This document shows positions 40,101 through 50,681 of a stretch of DNA of 64,000 bases, piece by piece. The first letter of the stretch is position 1. Each line of letters opens with the position of its first letter. Below the pieces are notes generated by a model. That model saw only the letters and a list, made by a program, of their open reading frames with translations, was not told where the DNA came from and did no database searches. The stretch comes from Macrostomum hystrix (Eukaryota; Animalia; Platyhelminthes). Made by a program: the position numbers and the translations under genes. Location of the stretch: positions 2,666,001-2,730,000 of the forward strand of contig CATNEN010000039.1 in NCBI GenBank assembly GCA_950097015.1, in the 5' to 3' direction.

Positions 40101-43100
40101 GCTAAAATTACTGACACACAATAGAACCAGCTCACTCGCTCGCAGATGTTTAAAGTCAGTTCAATGATACGGAGAACTAGAGACCCTAGCACATACGCGC
40201 ATCGAGCCAGATCACTGGAGTTTCTGTTTTTACACAGGCATAGGCGACTCACTCAGATATATTTTAGTGAGCAACTGTGACTTCCACTTTATTCAGTGTG
40301 TGCATCACTGGGTCACATCTGACCCGCTCACCTGTGCACCTGTGACTGACACACGACCCGCTCACCTGTGCAACTGTGACTCACACCCGACCCGCTTACC
40401 TGTGCACCTGTGACTCCCACCCGACCCTCTCATCTGTGTACCTGTGACTCACACCCGACCCGCTCACCTGTGCACCTGTGACTCACACCCGACCCGCTCA
40501 CCTGTGCAACTGTGACTCACACCCGACCCTCTCACCTGTGCACCTGTGACTCACACCCGACCCTCTCACCTGTGCACCCCGCAGAGTCGCATTTTCTTGC
40601 ACCGGCGCTGGCACAGCAGAGTTTCGGCATGCGCCCCACGATACTTGGCCTCTGCTTCGGCGCAGGGCACCTCCTTGGTGAGTCGGCCGCACCGGCAAGT
40701 GACGCTGGTGGTCAGCTGACAGGGCGGACAGTCGCCGTCGTGGCATTCAGCTGCACAGACGTGTCGCGGATCGCAGTGGAGCACGCGGTCGCAGGCGGCT
40801 TTGCAGGTGGGCAGCGGATCGGTGCACAGCTTCCTGCCACCGTCTGCGCAGCCAGTTAGGCTGAGCAGGGTGGCCCGGCCGCAAGGGCAGGTGCCGGCGA
40901 GCTCTGGCGATCTGGGACAGGCGGTGCAGGCGCCCGGATGGCAGGCCAGCTGGCATTTGTGCAGGCCGCAGGCCAGGGAGCGGCCGCAGATGCGGGAGCA
41001 GGCGAAGGCGCCGCCTCCGGGACGGTGATAGTCGGCGCAGGTCCGCTGGGCAGCTGCGGACTTGCCGCAGTGGCAGGTGACCTAGGAGCATTGTTATAGC
41101 GCTGTTATAGCGGGAGGGAGCGAGTCGAGCAGCCCAGGGAAACTACTCTGACGGAACAGTAGAATTTTTTCCTGTATCTTCCATAAAATTCAGTCAATCG
41201 CCATGGAAATGCAGAACACAGGCTAAAATTTTCCGCTCTATCCGATGAGACAACTTCCAGAATAACAAAGCATCGACATCGTCGAGATATTCAACGATTT
41301 TAGTCAGGGCATCTGGTTGCCAAAAGAACGAATTTCGGCAAAAATTTTCTGCTCACTAAAATTCAAATATTTAATCACGTCGGCTATCATTTTTGACCAT
41401 TTTGGATTGATCAAAATGTATTTTCATTTTTTAACCAATATGGGTCCGCCAAAGAGGTTTACAAACAGCGTCCTGTCTAAATAAATTTTTATTTAGATGG
41501 TGGACTTTCACGAAAATCGGTCACTCGGTTTGGGAGCTGTCGTCAAGTAGGCAGCGGGTATTTGAAATGCCCCCGTGGTCTTCCCCTGGTGGAAAAGTAG
41601 CGCAGATCTTCTACTGTAAAGTCTGCCTACAGCTGTTCATTAGCTAAAATGCTGGTTTCCCGGGTGAACTAGGGAATCTGAAGCGTCCTGCTAAAGCACT
41701 CAAGTTGCTTCCCTTGGACTGAGATTCGAACTCCCGACCTCTCGGTCAAAAGTCCAGCTCCCAATCCTGTTAATAAAACGTGGTCGAAATCGGTTCGCTT
41801 TACTACAAGTAGGCATGTGCGGGTCTCACATTGTAGACTTTATCGCAGGGAGCGCAGGCGCCCTGGTGGCAGGCCTCGGCGCAGCGGTGCTGGCCGCAGT
41901 CCAGCTGTTTGTCGCAGGCCTGGCCGCACCGCACAGATTCGCAGCACTGGGCTCGGCGCTCTGAGCGGCCGCAGAAGCAGCGGCGGGTGACGAATGCCTG
42001 CGCACGGCGGGCGGTGGAGGTGGCGGACGAAGCAGGTTATGGCATCCGGGATATTAGAATATAAGGAAGTTGTGAGATCTGGGATATTAGAGGAAATAAA
42101 AGTTATGGGATCTGGGATACAAGAGAAAATAAAAGTTGTGACATCTGGGATATTAGAAATATATATGGAAGTTGTGGGATCTGTGAAATTAAAGGAAATA
42201 AAAGTTGTGGGATCTGGGTAAAACCCGGGTGTGTCATGACTAACTCAGGCAAATGAAGGCAAATCCTTAAAGCTGCAACACATTTAGTTTCAGGCTAATG
42301 GGCGGTGTCCCTCATCTGGCATGGCGGGCAGGGCCCGGGGTGGCAGGGCAGGTTGCAGGGGTCTCACCTGGCATGGCGGGCAGGGCCCGGGGTGGCAGGG
42401 CAGGTTGCAGGGGTCTCACCTGACATGGCGGGCAGGGCCCGGGGTGGCAGGGCAGGTTGCAGGGGTCTCACCTGACATGGCGGGCAGGGCCCGGGGTGGC
42501 AGGGCAGGTTGCAGGGGTCTCACCTGGCATGGCGGGCAGGGCCCGGGGTGGCAGGGCAGGTTGCAGGGGTCTCACCAGGGGTCTCACCTGGCATGGCGGG
42601 CAGGGCCCGGGGTGGCAGGGCAGGTTGCAGGGGTCTCACCAGGGGTCTCACCTGGCATGGCGGGCACGGCCCGGGGTGGCAGGACAGGTTGCAGGGGTCT
42701 CACCTGGCATGGCGGGCAGGGCCCGGGGTGGCAGGGCAGGTTGCAGGGGTGCTCGCAAAGCTCGCCGCGTCGCTTGCCACAGAGCTGGCCGCAGGTGTGC
42801 GGGCACTCGCCAGGTGAAAACTCCGGGTCCTTGGCCTTGCCACAGAAACAGGTGTAGCGAAAGCCGCACTTGGTCTCGAAGCCCTTCTGGCAGGTGGGAC
42901 AGCGCCAGCGCTTGCTGAACGGATCCTCGGCGGCAGCGACTCCGGCGCCCGTGACAGACTGGGACCATTTCTTGATGCAGAATAGGTGGAAGATGTTGTA
43001 GCAGCTGTCGCAGGACCAGACTGCAACCTCGGTGCGCACCTGGATAGGAGTATTATAAATTAAGCGGCATTAAAAGACGGTTTAAAACAACTAACTAACA

Positions 43101-43309
43101 AATGATGGGGCCTAATCTGCGAAAAGTAAGAAGCATTGAATTCAGTTTACAAATAGAATAGCTCTCTATATAAGCTAAACAGGTGCGCGATTCGCACCGT
43201 GTGGCAGCAGATGGCGCACTCGTAGCTGCCAGAGCTCAGCTGAATGATCAGTCGCTCTCTCTGGTTCTCCGGAAGGGTTCGCTCGTCAATCTGAGCTGAT
43301 GCATCCTGC

Positions 43310-43363
<54 letters not shown>

Positions 43364-43659
43364 CTCGGGGTGGGTTCGCCGAGCCTCGGCCTAGGAATGA
43401 CCAGCTGACCGTTCGGCATGGCCATCAGCAGGTCGCTGACTTTGGTGACACCACCAGCACCGCCGACTCCCGCTGCTAAACTGGGCGCACTTTGCATCAG
43501 CTGCCTAGGCTGGAATTCTTGAGCGAAGACATTCAAATTCAACTGCTGGTCGCGCCTGCGTGGCTTCTGGTTTGACGACGCCGATGACGATGTTGAAGGT
43601 TTTTGTCTCGGCTTTGGTTTGGGAGCTTGCTGCTGCTGCTGCTGCTGTCGCTGTGACAT
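37143..43659 (-). CDS. NFX1: NFX1/shuttle craft-like protein (RING/PHD-like finger, NF-X1 zinc fingers, R3H-like domain)
   Basis: Exons 43659-43198, 43039-42704, 41997-41830, 41081-40570, 39353-38651, 38406-38047, 37472-37143 join in frame. YECAICC...[19 protein letters not shown]...WRCPTCQ, repeated CxHxCxxxCHxGxCxxC, LQCDAQC...RNRQLAEAL and an R3H-like tail. Confidence 0.93.
37577..38030. repeat. 30-bp minisatellite in the last NFX1 intron
   Basis: GACATGACCCTGATCATGACACATTCATCT, decaying toward the donor end. Confidence 0.9.
39426..39662 (-). mobile_element. SINE family A copy, 5'-truncated, intronic
   Basis: 3' two-thirds of the 46467-46840 element with AT-rich tail; tRNA head absent. 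Confidence 0.88.
40321..40578 (-). repeat. 34-bp tandem repeat containing the NFX1 exon-4 splice donor
   Basis: Donor motif (plus-strand CTCAC) every 34 bp from 40327 to 40565. Confidence 0.95.
41620..41770 (-). mobile_element. SINE family B fragment
   Basis: Minus strand GACCGAGAGGTCGGGAGTTCGAATCTCAGTCC (B box), shared with 57095-57140. Confidence 0.6.
42040..42220. repeat. Degenerate ~33-bp repeat
   Basis: ATCTGGGATATTAGAGGAAATAAAAGTTGTG-like units, 5-6 copies. Confidence 0.75.
42311..42750 (-). repeat. 52-bp tandem repeat of the NFX1 exon-2 end plus splice donor
   Basis: Unit ACCCCTGCAACCTGCCCTGCCACCCCGGGCCCTGCCCGCCATGCCAG|GTGAG, 8 copies including the exonic original; two units carry a 12-bp extra. 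Confidence 0.97.
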
Positions 43660-46466
43660 TGTTCAATTGTTTTTTAACAAGATGATGGAAGGCTGCAAGG
43701 CATTTTTAATGATTAAGAAACCCAGCATTTGATGTTGGCTTATAAAATAAAAGATCTGAACCTAGACTTCTGTGAATGGTAACTTCTGTGCTACCAAGAG
43801 TTTGTGTACCTCAGGATAACATGAAAGCCATCACTGCAGGACAAGCTCCTACCTGACAGCCAGCAGGTGAATTGTTCCAGGTGCCAGGTGGTAGTGAAGA
43901 CTGTTGCCCATGCCAGAAATAGCCCAGTAGATAACCAACACCATACATGCGCAACACCTGGCCGACCCAGCCAAACCAGCTGGGTGAAACGAGGGCCAAG
44001 CAAGGTAAGTTGCAAAAACCAATCAACCAAGAGCAAAAAATCAAAGGGGGGACCAAGGGACAAAAAAGGAAGGCGTGAAGAAGAGGAAAAAATTAAGAGA
44101 AAAAGAGAGCAAATGAGAGCAAACTAAGTCGTAAATAGAACAATGAAATGTACTAAGTCATAAATAGAGCAAAAACTAAGTCGCATGGCCGGCTAAGATT
44201 TGGGAGGTTGCACATGTATGACCAAAACTTATCTGGGACAAAATATTAAATTTTAGATTCTAAAAGGCTATTGGTATCTGTACTTAAGAGAGGAATATTT
44301 CATGTATTTTACTTATTTACTCACATCAAATTATTTGTTTCATTCAAATGTAAGTTTTTTGTTATTGTACCAATTTAAAATGACCCAATATAATATTTCT
44401 TAACTACTATAAATTAGCCAAATACACATTGCTCAATACAGGTAAAACATCACCTGAGACAATCTACTACCACTACTACAAAGGTGGAAGTGAAATAGAG
44501 ACTACATAAACATACTATTAATATATTATATTTAATATATATTATATATGTATGATGGCTAGGCAAAAGTGTCAAAAGTGGCCCTAAGGCTGCTCTGGAG
44601 CCTTGACACAATGATGCAGTCAGGTTTAAATCCACCACTTATACTACCTAAAGCCCTGCCAGATAAAGTTTATCAAGACAGCTAAAATAATAAATTAGCG
44701 AAAAAATAATTTGAAGCTAATATCAAGACAAATAAATAGAATTTTGTACAACTTCATAGAAGATGGCTAGCTGTCATGCATAATTGTGGATAAGGTGGCC
44801 AACATTGGCATGGATCTATATGGATAAAGTTGGCACTATTTGAATGCAAATGCAAAACTGACAATGAATGTGGTGGCCTATTTGAACAAGCTGCTGCGGG
44901 GATGAGGTGAGCATTATCGGCATAGATCCATGTGGTATGTCAGCACTATTTGCATGGGACTGAGCCAATAAGAACTGCTAGCCTTAGTGAATTAGGTTGT
45001 GTCGTTGTGATGATGTGGTGACAAAACTATAACAAACAATTGAAGCTTTAGCTCTGCTTGTACAACCTATACAGTTAATTTGTAACTTAAAGTAATTCAA
45101 GACTTAAAAAGAGATGTCAACAAACTAAAAATTTAACAAACAAGTCTATTATTCAATAGCATTGCCAAATACTTCACTCCTTAAGTATAAAATAAACAGA
45201 GTTCGGTACAACTAAAAAGTATAATGGAAGTGTCAAAAAGCAAGATGCAATAGGCCCCTAACCAATGCAATGGCAACGTGCTCAAATTTAAGATTAGCAA
45301 GGCGGTATTTAATTGGCAAGCTAATCAAAACTATTTGGAAACATAAAATTAACAAGCAACAAATAGGCCTATATAGGTCTAATGCTTGAAAACCACGCAA
45401 AAATGTATATTGCAATAATGTGACGTAATTTTTTAGTATTCTTAATTGCGTTACAATTGAATAAAACAAATTGAATATGGTATTTAAGTGATAAATATAC
45501 TATATTTAGCAGTGCTGGCGGAATTGGGACGACGTTTCGCTAGACGCAGCCCAGCAGCATCACTTTTTTTAATCAGTTGTAACACATGTAAAATCCATCT
45601 TTCATATATATTTTAACTAGATTTAATTTTGCTAATCATGTCACCTTTGAAGCCTTCGAATTTCCGGATTTAAAGAAATCGGTGCTGCTGGCATTGGGCT
45701 GATCACTTGCGTCCTCGCTTTTGACTAGATTCTTGTACCATTTTTACTTTATAAGATTTAGTAAAAATGGATTTGAATTGGGAAATGGGAGCACAATATG
45801 AGCATACGCAAAAGTTAGTGTAAGGTTTATGACAAGATAATTTTTGTTAGACGATGGAAAAAAAATAACAAATAATGTTCTGTAGTTAAAAAAATCTAAG
45901 CTAAATAAAAAGTATTGCGTTTTTGTGAGAAGAAAATTTAGAAACACAACATAAGAGCAAAGTAAGAGCATGTAAGAACAAATATATAGGAGTTTGATAA
46001 TTATATATAGGAGTATATAGGAGTAATATATAGGAGTTTTTAATAATAATAAAATTATAAAGGGAAAGATTCCCGCAAAAAACAAAGCACGAATTTAAAG
46101 GCAAATGACCAAAAAAGAGCAGTCAAAAGAAGAAAAAAGGAGGCGACGAAAGGAAAACAGAAAGAAGAGGAAACAAGGACAAGATAGAGAACGTAGGGGA
46201 GAAGGAAACAAAGAGAACAAATAAATCAAATAATGAGAAGGAACAAAATGAATAGAAGCCAGAGTTACAAGTACGAGTCAATCCTTTTAATGTTTTTAAG
46301 AGCCCTAAGTTGTTTTTTAGTTTTTTGTGGTTATAATCAGGACAATTTTTTTAAAAGGCCTCATGGTTGAGAAATTCGGTTTGGAAGGCTTTAATATGGG
46401 TATCTCTTGAGTTTTGTTAATAAACTTAGGCTTAAGCTTAAGCCAATATATAAGGTAATGGTTTTT

Positions 46467-46840
46467 GGGCGGTCGGTGGCAGAGCGGTTATCGCGTTTGC
46501 CTCTCGCACCACGGTCCCTAAGTTCGATTCCACGGCGAGGCCACATTTATTTGGGGCGCAGCCGCGCAGAGAAGGTTTGGGGGCTTGTCGTGCAATTTAC
46601 GCCCTTGAGGGCCAACCTCCAAGGCACAGTGAAATGTACACTGCCTGACGATGAGAAAGTCAGGGCAGGTGTACACACCTGTGTGAGCGTGTGCCTGCGT
46701 AAAGTATCTGTGTGCGTGTGTGCTCAGGAGTCAGCGAAATGAGCAGAATTGCCTCGTCGCTGGCTGCGGGTCTAGTATCACTAAATGATGTGCCACTGCC
46801 CGCAGCCCTCCGGCAATTACTTCAGCATTATTATTATTAT
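46467..46840 (+). mobile_element. tRNA-derived SINE family A, full length
   Basis: A box TGGCAGAGCGG (46477), B box GTTCGATTCC (46522), structured body, (ATT)n tail; four copies in the window. Confidence 0.92.
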
Positions 46841-47854
46841 GTATGGTTATTATTTTATTCAGAGATAGGTATAATATCAAGTTCATTAAGTCTGACCTTT
46901 GTGGAAATTCTGTTTCGATGGAAAAGTAATAGATTAAGTAGAGTAAAATAGCTCGTATTATAGCAATTGTTATAAAATTTTAAGTGGCATTGTCAATTTA
47001 CCGAACAATATTAATAAAACGCGCTCAATACACCACCTCTGCAAATGCCAAATCGATGTTGCCTTTGACTAGCAAGTTGCTAAAGTCAGTCAGTCGGAGG
47101 AATCAGATTGATCAGCCGATCTGCTGGCGGATAAAGAACCTTAAATTTAGGTTGACTGGATGCGTGAGCTCAGTGCACTTGCGGGCATGCAGTGTAGGCG
47201 GTAAGGTTGTCATCGGCTTAGGCCCACCGTGGAGTGGAGTGGGGTGGTTGTCTTCGTGCTTGACTGATGCTCATGAAGTTGTGCTGGCTGGGAGCCGACA
47301 ATAGCCAGTAGTTTGACAAGAGAGCGCGTCAACTCTGAGAGTAAACTGGTTTTGTGTGTAGCGGTTCGTTGAAAACGACCATGCAGAGACGTACTTTATT
47401 TGAATGGTGGACGGCTGCATGTGAGAGGGTGCTCCTTGACGGCAGATCTTTTGTCCTATTATATGCGTCGGGTTTTCTTATCGACCAAATACAGCAAACA
47501 CCATCTGTTTTTGGGTCGAAGGCTTGAAAAAGGCAAAATAATAATCTTACGGATATAAAATAATTGGCCTGTATCTTCTATATTTACATGTAACCAAATG
47601 AGAGAAGTCCAATTTTCATATTCTGCGACAAGCAATCCAGCTTGCCTAGCTCCGCTTCCAGTTCAACACTCCATTGGCTCGGGGGGCATTGGTTGCCTGC
47701 TTTGGGGAGATCGAGTGCCATTAGTTTTGTGCTGCTGGTGAAAGGCTTTTTTTCGGCTGCTAAGTGTTTTCACCTGGCTCTCTGCCTCTCTGCAGAGGGT
47801 CTCTGCTTAAACTGGACATTGGTTTGCTGCTAAAGGCGAGATAGATGCCCGTTG

Positions 47855-48222
47855 GAGGGACATTGTTTGCCTGTTGGGGGCCATTGGTTGCCTGTTAGGG
47901 GGACATTGGTTGCCTGTTAGGGGGACATTGGTTGCCTGTTAGGGGGACATTGGTTGCCTGTTAGGGGGCCATTGGTTGCCTGTTAGGGGGGACATTGGTT
48001 GCCTGTTAGGGGGACATTGGTTGCCTGTTGGGGGCCATTGGTTGCCTGTTAGGGGGACATTGATTGCCTGTTAGGGGGACATTGGTTGCCTGTTGGGGGA
48101 CATTGGTTGCCTGTTAGGGGGACATTGATTGCCTGTTAGGGGACATTGGTTGCCTGTTAGGGGGACATTGATTGCCTGTTAGGGGACATTGGTTGCCTGT
48201 TAGGGGGACATTGGCTGCCTGT
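47855..48222. repeat. 22-23-bp minisatellite downstream of the GPCR
   Basis: GGGGGACATTGGTTGCCTGTTA, about 16 copies. Confidence 0.95.
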
Positions 48223-48307
48223 TGATGTGTCATGATAACTGCGAGTAATTAAGAAAAGTCCGAGTAAATTAATATTGGGCACCGCAGCGGAAAGCCTGAC
48301 GCTGTCG

Positions 48308-49312
48308 CTACTCATTGGTGACGCTGAAGTTCTCCACCAGAGTCTGCTCGGAGCCTCGCGGACAGCAGCGGCCGAACAGCTGAGCAATGCTGCGCTGGAT
48401 GTCCGGCTTGAATAGGATCAGCGTCACCGGGTTGAAACAGCAGCCTAGCAGGAAGGTGTGATACAGACCGAAGGTCATCCGATACTCAAGCAGATAATAA
48501 TGAATGATGAACGGCAGGCACATGATGATCTGCGTCAGTGTGAGAACGAGCAGCATCACGCTGATCTTCAGCATGTGGCCGCTCATTCGGTGCTGCCGGC
48601 TGCCGCTCTCACCTTCAGTTTGGCCGGCCAGCTGACCGATGCGCCTCTGGTGCAGGCAGAGCTTAGCGAAGATCACCGAATAGCACGCGGCCGAAGCTGC
48701 CACAAGGGCGGCATCAGCGCCACTGAACAGGAACTTCAGCGTCTCGACCAGGGCCTGCCGGCTGGAGCAGGACGGGACGAACGTCTGGCCCAGGGCGATG
48801 CCCATGCTCAGCGCCGTCACCCAGACCAACTGCCCGCCGGCCAAGCGACCGACACTGCGGCTGTTCCAGCTCGTCGACGTCGGCCGGACCACGGCCATCG
48901 CCCGATCAATGGCCAGCATGAACATGACGATGGACTCCCAGCTGAGCAGTGCGTCTCGGGGACCGATGAGGAACACGTAGGGCGAGTTGAAGCGCTCAAA
49001 GTCGAACTCAGGATTCTCTGCGGCATTGCCGTTCAGACGGATGCTGAAAGCGGCGTAGATGGCGACTTCGCACAGCAGGCAGACGCAGAGCAGCTGGTCC
49101 GCGATAGCCAGCATGACTAGCAGGCGACGGAATGTGGCCCGCTTGGACAGGGCCTGCGGTCGGCGAGCCACGAGCAGCAGCAGGCAGTTCAGCAGAGCTC
49201 CCACTGTGCCCAGCACGGTGTACGGCACGAAAAATGAAGCATCCAGATCAATCAGGCGACCATAGGACTTCTCCAGGATGCAGTGGCCGGATGATTCGTT
49301 GCTGACCTGCAT
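48308..49312 (-). CDS. Divergent rhodopsin-like (class A) GPCR, single coding exon, 334 aa
   Basis: About seven hydrophobic segments; GALLN (TM1), LAIAD (TM2), AIDRAMAV (TM3), CLP (TM6), FNPVTL (TM7); N-terminal NES sequon. Confidence 0.85.
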   Translation of the reverse strand: MQVSNESSGHCILEKSYGRLIDLDASFFVPYTVLGTVGALLNCLLLLVARRPQALSKRATFRRLLVMLAIADQLLCVCLLCEVAIYAAFSIRLNGNAAENPEFDFERFNSPYVFLIGPRDALLSWESIVMFMLAIDRAMAVVRPTSTSWNSRSVGRLAGGQLVWVTALSMGIALGQTFVPSCSSRQALVETLKFLFSGADAALVAASAACYSVIFAKLCLHQRRIGQLAGQTEGESGSRQHRMSGHMLKISVMLLVLTLTQIIMCLPFIIHYYLLEYRMTFGLYHTFLLGCCFNPVTLILFKPDIQRSIAQLFGRCCPRGSEQTLVENFSVTNE

Positions 49313-50681
49313 TATTGGCCGCCAAAGATGTCAGGTGTCCCGGATTGACAGCAGTCGAAATTGAAATATGCTCTTGACGTCAAGATTCGCTAACGAGTGA
49401 AAACTGCCACCCCAGCGAATACATCGCATTTGAGACTCCCTATTTTATCCCTAACGCTCTTTCACCGAATCCCAGAAGCAGAAGACGGTTAGCCAACCAA
49501 CAGAAGCGTCCTTGGCAGGCTTGATCAGAGCCAGTGTTGCAGTTGCTATGGCAACTCACTTTAGCTGGGAAGAAAAGGGGCGCCATCAGGGCAAGAAAGA
49601 CGTCGAAATTGACTTTCATTGTCAGCCTTCAGAGTCGAATGGAAAAGTTGAGCTCTCTTTTTATCCTGAATTGCCAAGTGGTTGTCGGGGCCAGCTTCGA
49701 GTGTGCGTCTTGGAGCACTAAAATGTCTCATGGGAGACAATATGCTTCGTATTCAGCAGAGCTCTCATCAGTTTGCTCCTGCTATGCAAGCGCTGCATAC
49801 GCGATCGAAGCGGGCGAGAGAAGTCTTGCCTTGGGGAGCTCAATAAGTTGTGCATCTCAGCCTATTGCAGTTGAATGACAGCTTAGAAATGCATCAATGC
49901 TCGCATCTGCAAGAATAACAGCCTGCATGCGGGCAAGCCTAGCAGGAGTAGACCAAGCATAGCACGACACAGAGAGGCAACTTGGGCGTTTAATAAAGTT
50001 TAATAATGGGACCCACGTTGGTCCCAGGTTGGCCACATCAAAACCTTTTGGACTTCAGCGTTTCAGGTAACAATATCTACGGCACTGTATTCTATAGCTT
50101 ACACGACAGATAGATTGCTATATTGGGTCAAAGGCATGATCTGACAGCAAGTCAGATGACCGTATTCAGACATAAAGTTACCATTTATATATCGACTCAA
50201 ATTAAACATCTAGCTGTACTGAATTGCACTAGTAAAAGTCTCATTTAAATTAAGCAGTAAGGAATACAGGTGAGAAATCAAGCCTCTGTAGTTAAGTACA
50301 GTTACAAGCAGCTCGGGCGAACTCTGCCAAGCACCTGATGTCAAGAGTATACTGCAGCAGATATAGAAAACATGTACACTGCACCTGTCAAATCGATTGA
50401 TTGCCTTCAATTTTCCAGACAAAAATACGCTCGAAGCATCTTTAACCTCTCTGCAAAAGCAGTGCATGAATACATTTTGCATGCTTGCTGTCCTGTGCAA
50501 GCAGACAAAAAGCTTTTTTTGTCTCTAAATTATACTTGGTAAACAGTGCAGACGGCTCTGCATACATGCTGCTTTTGTGTATAACGGAAAAGTGTCGGCG
50601 TAACAATGAGACGAAAATTCTTATCTTAAAATTTTTCCCATTTGTGCCAAGCAGCAATAAGTGAAATTTTAATATTGTTTC

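Noticed and set aside
43800-44010. Possible plus-strand exon ending CAAG|GTAAGT, and a similar segment at 15195-15400
   Set aside because: No partner exons or recognisable product could be linked.
46467-46540. Functional tRNA genes at the tRNA-like heads (also 19.5, 19.65, 41.7 and 57.1 kb)
   Set aside because: No complete acceptor stem or cloverleaf, and they continue into shared SINE bodies.
46700-46735. Hammerhead-like CTGACGA...GAAA...GTC in SINE family A
   Set aside because: Only 3 nt separate CTGACGA and GAAA (no stem II), and the bases pair better as a simple hairpin.
48458-49120. 220-aa antisense ORF over the GPCR, and other antisense ORFs over GC-rich exons
   Set aside because: Expected shadow ORFs from codon bias on the coding strand.
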